Shown: positions 37,061 to 50,159, counted from the first letter of the stretch. The stretch: DNA of 64,000 nucleotides from Mobula hypostoma (GCF_963921235.1 NC_086118.1:29018001-29082000); one strand, 5' to 3'. Numbers and translations are program-made. The notes: generated from the letters alone by a model not told the origin.

Positions 37061-37934
37061 CACTATTTTAATGTTATCTATAAGCTTTCTCTATTCACAT
37101 ACAAACTGTTCTTGTATATAATAAACTGTAAGGGACCCAGCATCAGTGACTGTAGTACATCAGTAATCAATGACAGCCTTCCAGTCACAAAAACAGCTCC
37201 ACTATCGCCCTCTGCCTTCTATTACCTGGCCAGTTTTGTTTCCAACTAGTCAACATCATGGATCCTGTGGACACAGGTCAATATTTACCTAGTTTATCCC
37301 TGCACTACTTATTGAATAGGGGTACCACATTTGCTCTCCTGATCTGCTGTCACATCAATGGCCAGCAAATATTAAAAAAAAAACTGAAATCATCCAGGCA
37401 TCTCTCCTTTTTCCTCCAACTGCAATCTGGGATACATATCCTCAGGCATTGGCGAGTTATTTGTCTTTAAACCACTTCACACATAAGTTGACTCTCCATT
37501 TTCTTCCACAGATGCTCCTTGACTCACTGAGTTCCTCCAACATTTTGTGTGCAGTTACATACACTGTAAGCCGTGTTCCCTGTGCCAGGGTTTTGTTTCA
37601 ACTCACTGAGGGTGATGAGCAAGAAGTTTCCTTGCATTTTTAAAATCTGATGCCACTATATTTTGGCTCTATGTCAGCAATCTATTACCAGCTCCTTGCA
37701 TCTATTTGATGTGGTCTTGCTCTCTCTGGTGTATTGTACTGCTGGTGGGTCTGAACATATCCAAGGATAATGATGTTGACTAAATATCATTAATCTATAA
37801 ATAGCTACCCCATAGAGCAGCTCTTCTGATTTAAATAACAGTCCTTAAGTGTTAATGAAGAGGAGTTTGCAAGGCTGACTTGCCTTGATGTGCTTTTCTC
37901 ATGACCTGGCCAGGATGAAAGCCAAGGACCAAAA

Positions 37935-38360
37935 AAATGCAGATGCCAAGAACCTGAGATAAAAACATAAAATGCTGAAATTGCTCAGTGGCAGGCAGTG
38001 TCCATGGAGGAGACATGTAGCTAACGTGTTAGGTTAATGACCTTTGAATAGAACTGCGAAAAGTTATAAATGAAACAAGTTGTAAAGTGCATAAGCAGGG
38101 GAAGAGTGAAGAATGAGGAAAATCAGTGGTAGAGTAGGAATGAAGTGAGAATGAATGACACAAATTGGGTTGATGCCAAATGAATGAGGCTGCTAAATAT
38201 ATATCAGGGGAAGGTGTAGATCAAAGAAGGGGAATGACATCTGAAGCACTGGAAAGAACACAAACTTTAAAAAACAAGACTAGAATAGCTGACTATGTGG
38301 AATTCAGTGTTGAGTCCTGAGGGCTAAATATGCCAAGCCTAGAAAGTGAAATGCTTGGAA
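37935..38360 (-). mobile_element. Old Penelope 3' fragment
   Basis: Antisense terminal repeat (aaatgcagatgcc...aaatgctgaaattgctcag) and remnant HFTF*AWHI*PSGLNTEF of the GIY-YIG C-terminus. Confidence 0.55.
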
Positions 38361-38460
38361 GTCTATCCATTTTGCTTATTATTATTATTTTATGTGGTGC
38401 TTTTGTATATCTGAGAGATTGGCAAGGCTGCTTCAGAAGGCAATCAAGTGAAGAGAGTAG

Positions 38461-38800
38461 GTGGAACAGCATAGTAGTTAGTCCTGCTGTGTCACAGCTG
38501 CTAGAACACAGGTTCAATCCTGACTTTGAGCGCTATCTGTGTGTAGCTTGTACATTCATTCAGTGACCATGTAGCTTTCCCCTAAGCACCTTGATTCCTT
38601 CTCACATTCTGTAGACATGCCAGTAGGTGCTGGCTGTTGTAAATCATCCCTAATGTAGGGAAGTGGCAAAAGGATCATAGGTGCATTGATGGGCATGTAA
38701 GGGACAAAAAGATGATAGAAAGGGAAGGGCATTGATGGGATCTTTCTGCCAGGAACTGACATGACCTGATGGGCTGAATGGCGTCCTGGACATCGTACAT
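38461..38800 (+). mobile_element. tRNA-derived V-SINE (HE1-like), degenerate
   Basis: B-box-like ggttcaatcc, then V-domain-like tgtgtgtagcttgtacattc...gtgaccatgtagctttcc...ttccttctcacattctgtagacatgc, and a CR1-like tail gatgggctgaatggc. Confidence 0.7.
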
Positions 38801-41160
38801 AAGCAATGCTGGTGGTCAGCAGTCTCATATGGACTCGTTTGAAGGGGGTAGCAGATTTCCTTTACAGAAAAGCATTAGTCAGTCACTAATTCTGAAGGGA
38901 TTTGAATAGGTCTTCAAACTGCCTCTGGGTTATTAATCCAGTAACAAAGGCAATATCCCATTTTCCCCAGTGGGCCTCTCTCAGATCCCTGTGTCCCCAA
39001 GGCTATAAAGGAGTTTAACGGTGGACACTGAGAGCAACAGTAAAGCAAAAGGAGAAAGGATCACATTGAGACTTTGGAGATTAATAACAGAGGGTAAATA
39101 GGGGAATTGGAAAAATTGCAGCAACACCAAATGGATTTGATGAGAAAATTAATTATTTGTAGTGATTGGCATTGTAACAAGTATGTCATACTAGTACGTA
39201 GAAAAAGAACAAAAACATTCAAGGTAAAAGTATGAAATGAGCCCAAAAATATTAAATAAAGGAAAGTTAAATTTTCCGGAAGAACCATCCGCTGGTGGAA
39301 ATCGGAAACAAGTACTCACATGACAAATGTTCAGACACTTTTGTATTTGACCTTCCAGCAACTGGGCTCCATGTCAAAAGTACATAGGTAAAATTTACTT
39401 CATAACATACTGTGTCATGAGAACTCAACTATGTTGCAACTCACTATTTATTGCATAGGATAATAGGTTAGTCGTTATAAAATAGAAAGTTCTCCAATTC
39501 AGTAAGAGCAATAGCACAGAAGATCTTCGAATTAAACAAAATAAGCGTGGAGAGGACTGACTAGACAATTTAATGAGCACATTATTTTTAGAGCACCTAA
39601 ACAGTCATTAACTTTTATAGTTCTTACATTACGCTAATAAAAACTGTTGTGTTCTGTGTTACCTTCTACTGCTATACTATGTTTCAGAATATTAAAATCA
39701 CCAGGCTACTAACTGCAATATCTAATAAAATTGCCATTGGTTTCATGATTAGATCAAAACATTCCCACAGTGCAAAGGGACAGGTCGACAACTGAGCATT
39801 GCGAACAGATGGCACCAACCTCAGATAATGTAATGTGAAATTAATCACAGTCATTATCATCACAAAAGGGATTCACTTAATTCCTTTAGACACAATCAGC
39901 ATGATCAGTGGTTTACCTCAAAACGTTTTACACCTTATAATTATTTCCCACTCCTTTGAGCTAATAATAAAATTATTTTACTGCATACAGGTCAGTTAGC
40001 AATGTCATCTCAGCTGACATCACACACATATAATTCTTGCAGCTCACCCATTCATTATCTTCCATACTACTATTCCCCTTGACTTAAAATTGTTTTCAAT
40101 TCACAGTGATTATGGGTAGATCATTTACCAAAGTATTTTCAGCATGAATGAATAATTGGCAAAAAATACAGCAGTTGTTTATGGAAAATAGGTTTTAGAA
40201 GTTCAGATTCAAAGTAATTGGTAATTATATTGTTTATTCAAAACTAGGTAAAAAGATTGTACGTATCTTAATTTTAGAAAATACTACCTTTTTTAAGAAA
40301 TTGCTTTATAAGTAACTACTTGCAGTCTCATAATAAATTAATTGTAGTGGTTTTTCTTATCCATCAAATTATGGATAAGATAAAGCATCTTACTGCAACA
40401 TTTTGCCATTCAAAAGCTACGCTGCACACTATTGTTTCAAACTCCAGCAGCTGCATTCCCTGAAGCTTATGTCTACCTGCCAGACTCTCATACATCATAT
40501 CCCATCCATCAGCAACATGCCACCTTTGTCTCTGAAGCACCAGCTACCTTTCACATTTCATTTTTCCAGCTCCTCTTCTGACTTCTCCAGCCTCCTCTCC
40601 ACTACCCTCCTCTGAACACCACTCTCTTGCTCTCATTCAGCTCCAGTGGATCAGTAATGGATTGTAATAAAAACAGGAAAATAACAGAAATACACAGCAG
40701 GTCGAATGATATCTGAGGATGGAAAAACAAAATTAGCACCTTAGGTCAACAAACATTCATCAAAACTGAGAAGTGTTCTGAACTTTTCAGAGGAAGGGGT
40801 AGGGTGAGGAAAATTTGTGAAAGGCTAAAGACAGAAGAGAGTAAATAATATGTGATGAGGCATGGATCAGACAAGATTAAATGTCAAAAGGAATGTTGGC
40901 TCAAAGTGAGAGAGGGTGTTTATTGGAGAGGGTAAGAAACAAAAGATTGGTTTGGACAAGTTGTGACTGGGAGAAGAGGAGAAGACTCGTTATCTGAAAT
41001 TACCAAAAGAAGGTGCTGTAGCCTGGAAGTTAGACCCATCTGAGTAAATCACTCATGTACAAATTGCAAAGTAACCGGCTTCGATTGGACTGACACATAC
41101 CAAGAAACTGGCCCCGGCACCCATTTTACTTCACCCAATATTTTCCCAGGTCTTTTACCA

Positions 41161-43296
41161 GATGTGATTGGTAGGTGGGAAGCCTTCAAAGGGGAAATTT
41201 TGAGAGTGCAGTTTGTATGTTTCTGTCAGGATTAAAGGCAAATTGAATAGGAATAAGGAACCTTGGTTCTCAAGGGATATTGCAACTCTGATAAAGAAGA
41301 AGAGGGAGTTGTATGAAATGTATAGGAAACAGGGGGTAATTTAGGTGCTTGAGGAGTATAAGAAGTGTAAGAAAATACTTATGAAAGAAATCAGGAGGGC
41401 AAAAAGAAGACATGAGGTTGCCTTAGCAGTCAAAGTGAAGGATAATCCAAAGAGCTTTTACAAGTATACTAAGAGCAAAAGGATTGTAAGGGATAAAATT
41501 GGTCCTCTTGAAGATCAGAGTGGTCGGCTTTGTGCGGAACCAAAGGAAATGGGGGAGATCTTAAATAGGTTTTTTGCGTCTGTATTTACTAAGGAAGCTG
41601 GCATGAAATCTATGGAATTGAGGGAATCAAGTAGTGAGACCATGGAAACTGTACAGATTGAAAAGGAGGAGGTGCTTGCTGTCTTGAGGAAAATTAAAGT
41701 GGATAAATCCCCGGGACCTGACAGAGTGTTCCCTCGGACCTTGAAGGAGACTAGTGTTGAAATTGCGGGGGCCCTGGCAGAAATATTTAAAATGTCGCTG
41801 TCTACGGGTGAAGTGCCGGAGGATTGGAGAGTGGCTCATGTTGTTCCGCTGTTTAAAAAGGATCGAAAAGTAATCCGGGAAATTATAGGCCGGTGAGTTT
41901 AACGTTAGTAGTAGGTAAGTTATTGGAGGGAGTACTAAGAGACAGAATCTACAAGCATTTGGATAGACAGGGGCTTATTAAGGAGAGTCAACATGGCTTT
42001 GTGCGTGGTAGGTCATGTTTGACCAATCTGTTGGAGTTTTTCGAGGAGGTTACCAGGAAAGTGGATGAAGGGAAGGCAGTGGATATTGTCTACATGGACT
42101 TCAGTAAGGCCTTTGACAAGGTCCCGCATGGGAGGTTAGTTAGGAAAATTCAGTCGCTAGGTATACATGGAGAGGTGGTAAATTGGATTAGACATTGGCT
42201 CGATGGAAGAAGCCAGAGAGTGGTGGTAGAGAATTGCTTCTCTGAGTGGAGGCCTGTGACTAGTGGTGTGCCACAGGGATCAGTGCTGGGTCCATTGTTA
42301 TTTGTCATCTATATCAATGATCTGGATGATAATGTGGTAAATTGGATCAGCAAGTTTGCTGATGATACAAAGATTGGAGGTGTAGTAGACAGTGAGAAAG
42401 GTTTTCAGAGCCTGCAGAGGGACTTGGACCAGCTGGAAAAATGGGCTGAAAAATGGCAGGTGGAGTTTAATACTGACAAGTGTGAGGTATTGCATGTTGG
42501 AAGGACAAACCAAGGTAGAACATACAGGGTTAATGGTAAGGCACTGAGGAGTGCAGTGGAACAGAGGGATCTGGGAATACACATACAAAATTCCCTAAAA
42601 GTGTCGTCACAGGTAGATAGGGTCGTAAAGAGAGCATTTGGAACATTGGCCTTTATTAATCGAAGTATTGAGTATAAGAGCTGGAATGTTATGATGAGGT
42701 TGTATAAGGCATTGGTGAGGCCGAATCTGGAGTATTGTGTTCAGTTTTGGTCACCAAATTACAGGAAGGATAAATTACAGGAAGGATATAAATAAGGTTG
42801 AAAGAGTGCAGAGAAGGTTTACAAGGACGTTGCCGGGACTTGAGAAACTCAGTTACAGAGAAAGGTTGAATAGGTTAGGACTTTATTCCCTGGAGCGTAG
42901 AAGAATGAGGGGAGATTTGATAGAGGTATATAAAATTATGATGGGTATAGATAGAGTGAATGCAAGCAGGCTTTTTCCACTAAGGCAAGGGGAGAAAAAA
43001 AACCAGAGGACATGGGTTAAGGGTGAGGGGGGAAAAGTTTAAAGGAAACATTAGGGGTGGCTTCTTCACGCAGAGAGTGGTGGGAGTATGGAATGAGCTG
43101 CCAGACGAGGTGGTAAATGCGGGCTCTTTTTTAACATTTAAGAATAAATTGGACAGATACATGGATGGCAGGTGTATGGAGGGATATGGTCCGTGTGCAG
43201 GTCAGTGGGACTAGGCAGAAAATGGTTCGGCACAGCCAACAAGGGCCAGAGGGCCTGTTTCTGTGCTGTAGTTTCTATGGTTCTATGGTTCTATGG
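41161..43296 (+). mobile_element. CR1-like LINE, young, about 2.1 kb of ORF2 + 3' UTR
   Basis: ORFs 41345-41896, 41893-42795, 42737-43042 and 43023-43214 (KSPGPD, QHGF, YMDFSKAFDKVPH, KFADD); frameshifts include a 16-bp tandem duplication at 42756-42787; (ttctatgg)n tail. Confidence 0.97.
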
Positions 43297-43899
43297 TCTT
43301 AGGCCTCTCTCATTTCTGGCATAAATTGAAGTTTTAGGGTGTAACCTATGATTTTTCTTCATCTCTTCCTAAATTTAGACCACATTGCACAGGAATCAGT
43401 AACAAAAGAGACTGTGTTGTCACACTGATGTCTTGCATGCCTTAGTTCCTTTAGCAAGACTCAGTGGTTCTCCCTTTGCTGTCCCCAGGATCAGTCACAT
43501 CTCCAAGTAGCATGGAGCCCCCCTTTGCATGGAACTCAGATGAGGCAAATCACCACATGGAGATGACCATACAGACAGGAGATCCCTGTGTCATTTTCCC
43601 TGAGTTTTCTCTCACCTGCAGCTGTATCGATGGGAGTAATTTAGGCCCACTATATTTCCCTTCAGTCAACACAATAATGACACAGAGTTTGGATATTTTT
43701 CTCAAGAGTTCCTAAGTGGAATCAGATGGATCCCACTTTAGCGAAGTTCAGTAACACAGCATTTTGCCCAATTTCATAAATACTTTGTATCCTGTATGAA
43801 TGGACATTTATACTCTTGCAGAACCTGTTTACTGCACCAAAAGAAGATAGTTTCCAATGGCTAGGTAAATGATTGCTGGAAAACAGAGACAATAGTGCC

Positions 43900-45696
43900 A
43901 CAAAAACTCATCAAAATATGAACGCAACTTTGTGAACTCCCACAGTTCCAAACGATCTTGTGATTTTCAGTCTCTGAGGTGGAACTGAGAGTATCCTTCA
44001 GGAGGGTGAACCTATGGAAAGCAAAGGCCCAGATAGGGTACCTGGCTGAATACTGACAACCTGTGCTGATCAAGTAGCTAGAGTGTTCACCGAGATCTTT
44101 AACCTCTGGCTTTGACAGTCTGAGGTACCCACCTTCTTCAAGCCGGCTGCAATAAAACAGGTGCCTAAGAAAAATGTGGTAGGTTGCCTCAGTGACATTT
44201 GTCCAGTAGCACTTGCATCCACAGCGCTGAAGGGCTTTGACAGTTCTGAAGAATCTGTTTGAGGAGTGATTTGGATCCCCTCCAATTTGCCAACCATCAC
44301 AGCAGGTCAACAGCAGATACCAGTCCATTGGCTCTTCGCTCAACCCTGGAACATCTAATCAGTGAAGATGCATACACCAAGATGCTCTTCATTGATTACA
44401 GCCCTGTAATCACCACCATCATGCCCTTATAACTTATCAAAAAACTCAAATACTTCGGCCTCAATACCTCCCGGTGCTATTGGATCCTCGACTCCCTCAC
44501 TTGCAGACCCCAGTGAATTCTGTTTGGCAGCAACGTTTTCTCCATGATTATCACTGGCACAGCTGAACCACAAGGCAGTGTGCTAAGCCCCCTGCTCTAC
44601 TACTACTACGTCAACTCAGGCCTAGGGGGCCGGCCTCGGGCACGTCGGGCCCCCTGCTCTACTTGTTTTATACTTATGGCCGTGAGGCTAAGTACAGCTC
44701 CACTGCCATATTTAAATTTGCTGATGACATCACTGATGTTGGCAGAATCAAAGGTGGTGATGATTCAGCATACAGGAGGGAGATTGAAGATCTGGCTCAG
44801 TGGTGCCAGTACGACAACTTCTCGCTCAATGTCAGTGAGACCAACGAGCTGATTATTGACTACAGGAAGAAGAAACCAGAGGTTCATGAGCCAGTCCTCA
44901 TCAGGGGAATCAGACTTTAAGTTCTTCAGTGTTATCATTTCAGAGGATCTGTCCTGGGTCCGGTATGTAACTGCAATTATGAAGAAAGCATGGCAGCAAC
45001 TCTACTTTGTTAGGAGTTTCTGGAGATTCAGCATGTCATCTAAAACATCGGCAAACTTCTATAGATTTTTGTTTAGCAGGAGAATTAAAGGTTATAGGGA
45101 AAAGGCAGGTAGGTGCAGAAGAGTCCGTGACCAGATCAGCCATGATCTTGTTGAATGGTGGAGCAGAGTATATTGACTAGTTGCATTACAGCCTGGTATG
45201 AAAACACCAATACACTTGAATGGAAAAGCCAAGCAAAATGTGTGGGTACAGCCCAGTCTATCACGGGTAAAGTTCTTCCCACCATTGAGAACACTTCCAT
45301 GGAGTGCTGTCGCAGGAAAGCAGCTTGCAACATTAGAGACCACCGCCATCCAGGCCATTCTCTTGTCTCGCTGCTACATCAGGAAGGAGGCACAGGAGCC
45401 CCACGCCCACGCCGCCAGGTTCAGAAAGAGTCATTACCCCTCAACCATCCGGCTCTTGAACCAGAGAGGATAACATCAGTCAGCCTCATTCACCTGAAAA
45501 CTGAACTGTTCCCACAACCTATGGAGTCACTTTTAAGGACACCTCATCTCATGCTGTCACTGTCTCTTGCATATTAATCTATTATCATTATTTTGCTTTG
45601 TTTTTCCTTTATGTTTACTGTGAATGTCCATAAGAATGAATTTCAAGGTGGCATATATGTACTTTGATAATGAATTTGCTTTCAACCTTGATCTTG
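43900..45696 (+). mobile_element. Rex1/Babar-like LINE, degenerate RT + 3' end
   Basis: KAKGPDRVPG, PQGSVLSPLLY, KFADD, SILTSCITAWY, YPSTIRLLN; carries two small insertions. Confidence 0.88.
44602..44648 (-). mobile_element. 47-bp retroposed 3' tip with (GTA)n tail
   Basis: 15-bp TSD GCCCCCTGCTCTACT at 44587-44601 and 44649-44663. Confidence 0.7.
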
Positions 45697-46331
45697 TCCT
45701 CCCAGTCGGGGGGAGGAGAAGATGCTGGTGTGATGCAGCACGCGCAGCCTCTCCGGTGAAATGATATCGTATTGTTAAATAGGGTACCGTGCACAATTCT
45801 GATTTGATGGAGACAGCCGTGAGAAGCACAGAGGAACATCTGGAGAAACTTCTGAAATGCCCAGTTCGCTGCCGCTGCTACTGTGCGATCAAGTATCTCC
45901 GGAGGGAAGGCCCCAAATATTCGGCTTTGCCTGCTGCTGGCGGCCGGGGCTGGGGTCGAAGCGTTCGGCAGAGATGGTTCTCGGTCCTCGGTGTCGGAGG
46001 GCTGGTCGGAGGCTCGAAGTTTTCGGATGACTCTGAGTCAGACTGTCGTCGGGCATGGCAGGGAGAGTTTTATTCCTTCTCCCGTCTGCGTGAGATGTGG
46101 GACTTTCGAGAGACTTTGAACTTTTACTGTGCTCATGGCCTGTTCTTCATCAACTTACGGTATTGCTTGCACTATTGTAACTATATGTTATAATTATGTG
46201 GTTTTTGTCAGTTTTTCAGTCTTGGTCTGTCCTGTGTTTCTGTGATATCACACCGGAGGAACATTGTATCATTTCTTAATGCATGCATTACTAAATGACA
46301 ATAAAGGAGGACTGTGTGTCCTCATAATCTA
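45697..46331 (+). mobile_element. Young CpG-rich non-autonomous retroposon inserted in the Rex1 tail
   Basis: Much higher GC/CpG than the flanks; aataaa and (taatc)n tail; TSD atcttg at 45691-45696 and 46332-46337. Confidence 0.6.
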
Positions 46332-46499
46332 ATCTTGAATAATGGGCAATTATTCAAAACTATTAATCTCGCTTATAAACAGGGTGGCTTTGAAAGTGCT
46401 CAGTTGAATGATGAGATGTTATGTTCTAAGTTTAAACTGGAACCATAGCAAGCACAAAAAGATGAATGGTCGAGAGTTCGTGTGACAAGGATCAAGAAG

Positions 46500-46800
46500 A
46501 TCGGGTTCATGCTTGTAGACTGAATAAAGATGGCCTACGTGTATTCACTAATCTGTTGTTTGCCTCCACAAAGCAAAGACCACATTGAGAGCAATGAATG
46601 TAGTTTGCTAAATGGAAGGATGCACAAGGGATCAGTATTTCATCTTGAAAGATCATTTTGGTCCTGGACAATGGAAAAGGAAACTGTGAGAGGACACGTG
46701 ATGCCTCTCCTGTAGTCACAAGAGAAGATGGAAGGGGAAGTTGAAAGGCGAAGGGGAGTGGGAAGGTGTGTCATGTCAAAAATGTCAGAAATTGTGAAGG
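46500..46800 (-). mobile_element. Old Penelope GIY-YIG fragment
   Basis: TCPLTVSFSIVQD and NYIHCSQCGLCFVE in ORFs 46640-46831 and 46507-46719. Confidence 0.65.
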
Positions 46801-46879
46801 AGAAAAAAAGAAACATGAAGCTTACTGACATCAGTAGTGAAGGCAGGAATTTTTATGGAAGGTTAGAAAGGCAGAATAG

Positions 46880-47510
46880 TATTGCATTGTGCTGATCGGA
46901 GGGATCTGAGTGCCTGGTGTATTAACATGCAGGCTCAGCAAGTAATTAGTAAGGCTAATGCATTGATAGACTTTTTTGCAAGTTGGCAAGTCCTGCTACA
47001 ACTGTACAGAGTTTTGGTGAAACCTCACCAGGGGTACTGCATTTATTATTGCTCTCCTTATTTAATTGAAGATATAATTGCCTTGAAGGCAGTGCAGCAA
47101 AAGTTCATTAGATTAATTCCTAGGATGAAGCAATTGTTCTCAAGAGAGAAGACTGAGAAGAGAGGTCCTACATTTTCTTGAGTTTTGAAAAATGAGAGTT
47201 GATTTTATTAAGACATGTACAATTGTAAGGGAGAGTCACAAGTTAAAAGCTTTAAGGATGTTTTCTCTGATGGGTGAATTTAGTATCAACTGGCAGTCTT
47301 GGGATAAAGGGGTCATTCATTTAAAACATTTTCTGTCAAGAGGACGATTAGTAGTTAGAGGGCTAAGACACTGGATCATTGAATATATCCAGGGCTGGAT
47401 TTGGGAAGGTATGGGAACAGTTGGAAAACGGGAGCTGAGTCTCCAAACATATATGGTGGATCTTGCTAGAGGGGCCAAACAGCCTATTCCTTCACCTATT
47501 GTTTTATGTA
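46880..47510 (+). mobile_element. Old CR1 3' fragment
   Basis: QQVISKANAL...LLQLYRVLVKPHQGYC...AVQQKFIRLIPRM. Confidence 0.75.
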
Positions 47511-48129
47511 AACCATTCTGGGAAGGGAAGAGGAAGAGAGAGGGCATAAGATCAGGAAATGGAACAGACAGAATCAAAGATTCTATAGATTATGATGGGG
47601 AAGAATTCTTGTGTAAGCAAAAAAGAAAACATATTGAATTCTATGGTGTACAAATTGAAGAATGGAAAAAAATGTGAAAGAAATGAGGAAAATGGACAAA
47701 ATTAAATATAAACCCTACAGGGAGAACAACTAAGGGAGGCTGTGGGAATAATAGTCCTAATGTGTAAATCCTCTTAAGTTTCACTACATTTCTTTCAGAC
47801 CTACTGTATCTCCCCGCCTGAAATTCTTAATCCTCTGGCTGCTTTTCTCTGCCTGAAGTGTAAGCAGGGAAGTCCAGGTAGGAAAGGTTCAGAGGTGGAC
47901 CATGAGAAGAAATTGGTAGCAATCCTGACAAAATCTTCAAGTTCAGGACTTGAGCAGAAAGCAGTGCTAACAAATATATTGGATATTATAGTGAGTGTGG
48001 AACCATACAAAGCAATGAAACTGAAAACACTCCACATTTGTCTCAAAAGTGACAGCATTCATCTTTTTCCTGAGTGAAAATCAGTGGATCAAAGAAGCTG
48101 AAACAATAAGAGAGCAAGTTCGGACAGAG

Positions 48130-48500
48130 GAGAATGATGTTGGATCTTAATGAAAGAAGAGAAATGTCCTCACTATGTTCTGTTAGGGGAACATGGTACA
48201 AGGCAACAGTACATCCATGATGAAAATCAAATGCATGAGGTCAGGAAGCTGAAGATAGATGAGACAGTGGAGGGAATCGGAAGCAGGAAAATACCATACA
48301 TGAATGGAGTTCAGGACAGGAAAAAATGCTGAATCTGTGGGTTTAACGGGAAGTGTGCTGGTGGATTTTATGGAGGAGGTGGAAGCAGGTTGTGAAGAAT
48401 TGGGGTCCATGAGGTTGGAGATTGTAGAGGGAAAGTATTCAGAGGAAATAAGATTAGCAACTGTAGTCTAGTACATTGTTGCGAGGAATAGGTGGAGAAA
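48130..48500 (-). mobile_element. Old Penelope RT/thumb fragment
   Basis: MDPNSSQ...KPTDS and an SIPSTVSSIFSFL-like thumb remnant; likely continuous with 46500-46800 before the CR1 insertion. Confidence 0.5.
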
Positions 48501-49070
48501 TTGGAAAAATCCTTGTCTCAAGAATCTCTGAGCCTTACTTAACCTTTTATCAGCCTTAGACATCTGTTTAAATTCTTAATATTTCTCTGGACTACAAAGC
48601 CCACCAAAGATAAGAAATCTACCAGTCCCCGTGCTGCTTCATTCTGTGATTCTTCCTGTAAGTCTCTCCATCCCACTTGACTTCACATCTTTTAAAGCCT
48701 CCTCAAACCCTTCTCATCAATTTAATCTTCAATTATCTCAGTTCCTGTAGATTTGCTCATCACTTTATGAGATATTTCAGTGAGTAGGCAAGCTGATGTC
48801 AGCTAGAATTTTAAGAACATTTGAAAATCTAGTTCTTAAGTGTTTTCCAATCTTCCATAAAGTAGAATAATATGTTTAACATCAGCTTTGTAATCATCAG
48901 ATCTGGTACTAAGGTGATCATCTGAAAAATAAAGCTGATAATAAACTAAGAATTGTAGATATTGGTGATGAGGATACTCTTCATAAATAAGAGACCTAGG
49001 AAAATTATAAGGGCAATCAGTAGCTTTGTAAAATAGTGCAATATCATACATTAACTAATCCTAGAATAGA

Positions 49071-49632
49071 TATTCGGTGGCCACTTTATTAGGTACTGAT
49101 TATACCTAGTGAACTGGCCACTATGTGCCTGATCATGGTCTTCTGCTGCTGAACCAATCCACTTCAAGGTTTGACATGTTGTGAGTTCAAAGATGCTCTT
49201 CTGCATACCACTGCTGTAGCATGGTTATTTGAGTTACTGTCACCTTCCTACCAGATTGGGCTAGTCTGGCCATTCTCCCCTGACCTCTGTCATTAACTAG
49301 GCATTTTCACCCACAGAATTGCCACTCACTGGATGTTTTTTTTTTTGCTTTTCACATCATCCTCTGTTTCACATCATCCTCTTTAGGGACTGTTGTGTGT
49401 GTAAACCCAAGGGGATCAGCACTTTCTGAAGTACTCAGACAACCACATCTGGCACCAGCAGTCATTCCACAGTCAAAGTTATTTAGATCACAATTCTTCC
49501 TCAGTCTGATGTTTGCTCTGAACCTCTGGACTATGTTTTCATGCATTGAGTTGCTGCCACATATTTGCCTGATTAGATATTTGCATTAACAAGCAGGTAT
49601 ATAGTTGTATCTAATAAAGTGGCCACTGAGTA
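49071..49632 (-). mobile_element. Tc1-derived non-autonomous DNA transposon
   Basis: TIRs; minus-strand Tc1 transposase HTH remnant DLNNFDCGMTAGARCGCLSTSESADPLGFTHTTV (ORF 49352-49546). Confidence 0.85.
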
Positions 49633-50159
49633 TATTGTGTATGGAATCATTTGAAAATGTATGAGTATAAACTAACTACATAGGTACATTTATGTATTAC
49701 ATCTACTCAATTGAAATCAATAGAAAGCAAAATCAGGAAATCCAGGCAGGTCAGTTAAAATCTCCATTGAAACTAAGTATCATTTCTAGTCGCTTGCTTG
49801 GCTTTCCTTAAAGTGCATATGAATCTCCTCACACTTTAGCTTATTCCTGAGGGAAAGCTGCCATTGTTTGCCCACTGAAGTTTATGGCTTTTACCCTCTA
49901 CGTATCACTTGCAGGATGCTTGATTGGCAATGTCAGGCCACCGGTATACGGTATACTGCTCTCCAGGGAGTTACACATAGCACACTTCAATCTCATTGAC
50001 ATAAGTACACATTACATTATCTGGGGAGTCTGCAAATGGGCCTTCCCACAAAATATCAGATGAATTGGCCTTGCTGATACCTTGCAGATCATCACATGAG
50101 TTTTCTAGACCAGCAAGTTCAGAATAACGAATGCTTCTTTTGTATTGCTTTACGAAACA

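Larger units (their letters stand above)
35500..37260 (-). mobile_element. Old CR1 3' fragment interrupted by 36368-37060
   Basis: LDRPQLEYCAQY...KLTKMFPGM (ORF 35843-36079); RT remnant resumes after 37070. Confidence 0.65.

Noticed and set aside
42756..42787. 16-bp tandem duplication as a programmed frameshift signal
   Set aside because: Absent from the other CR1 copies here; a private inactivating mutation.
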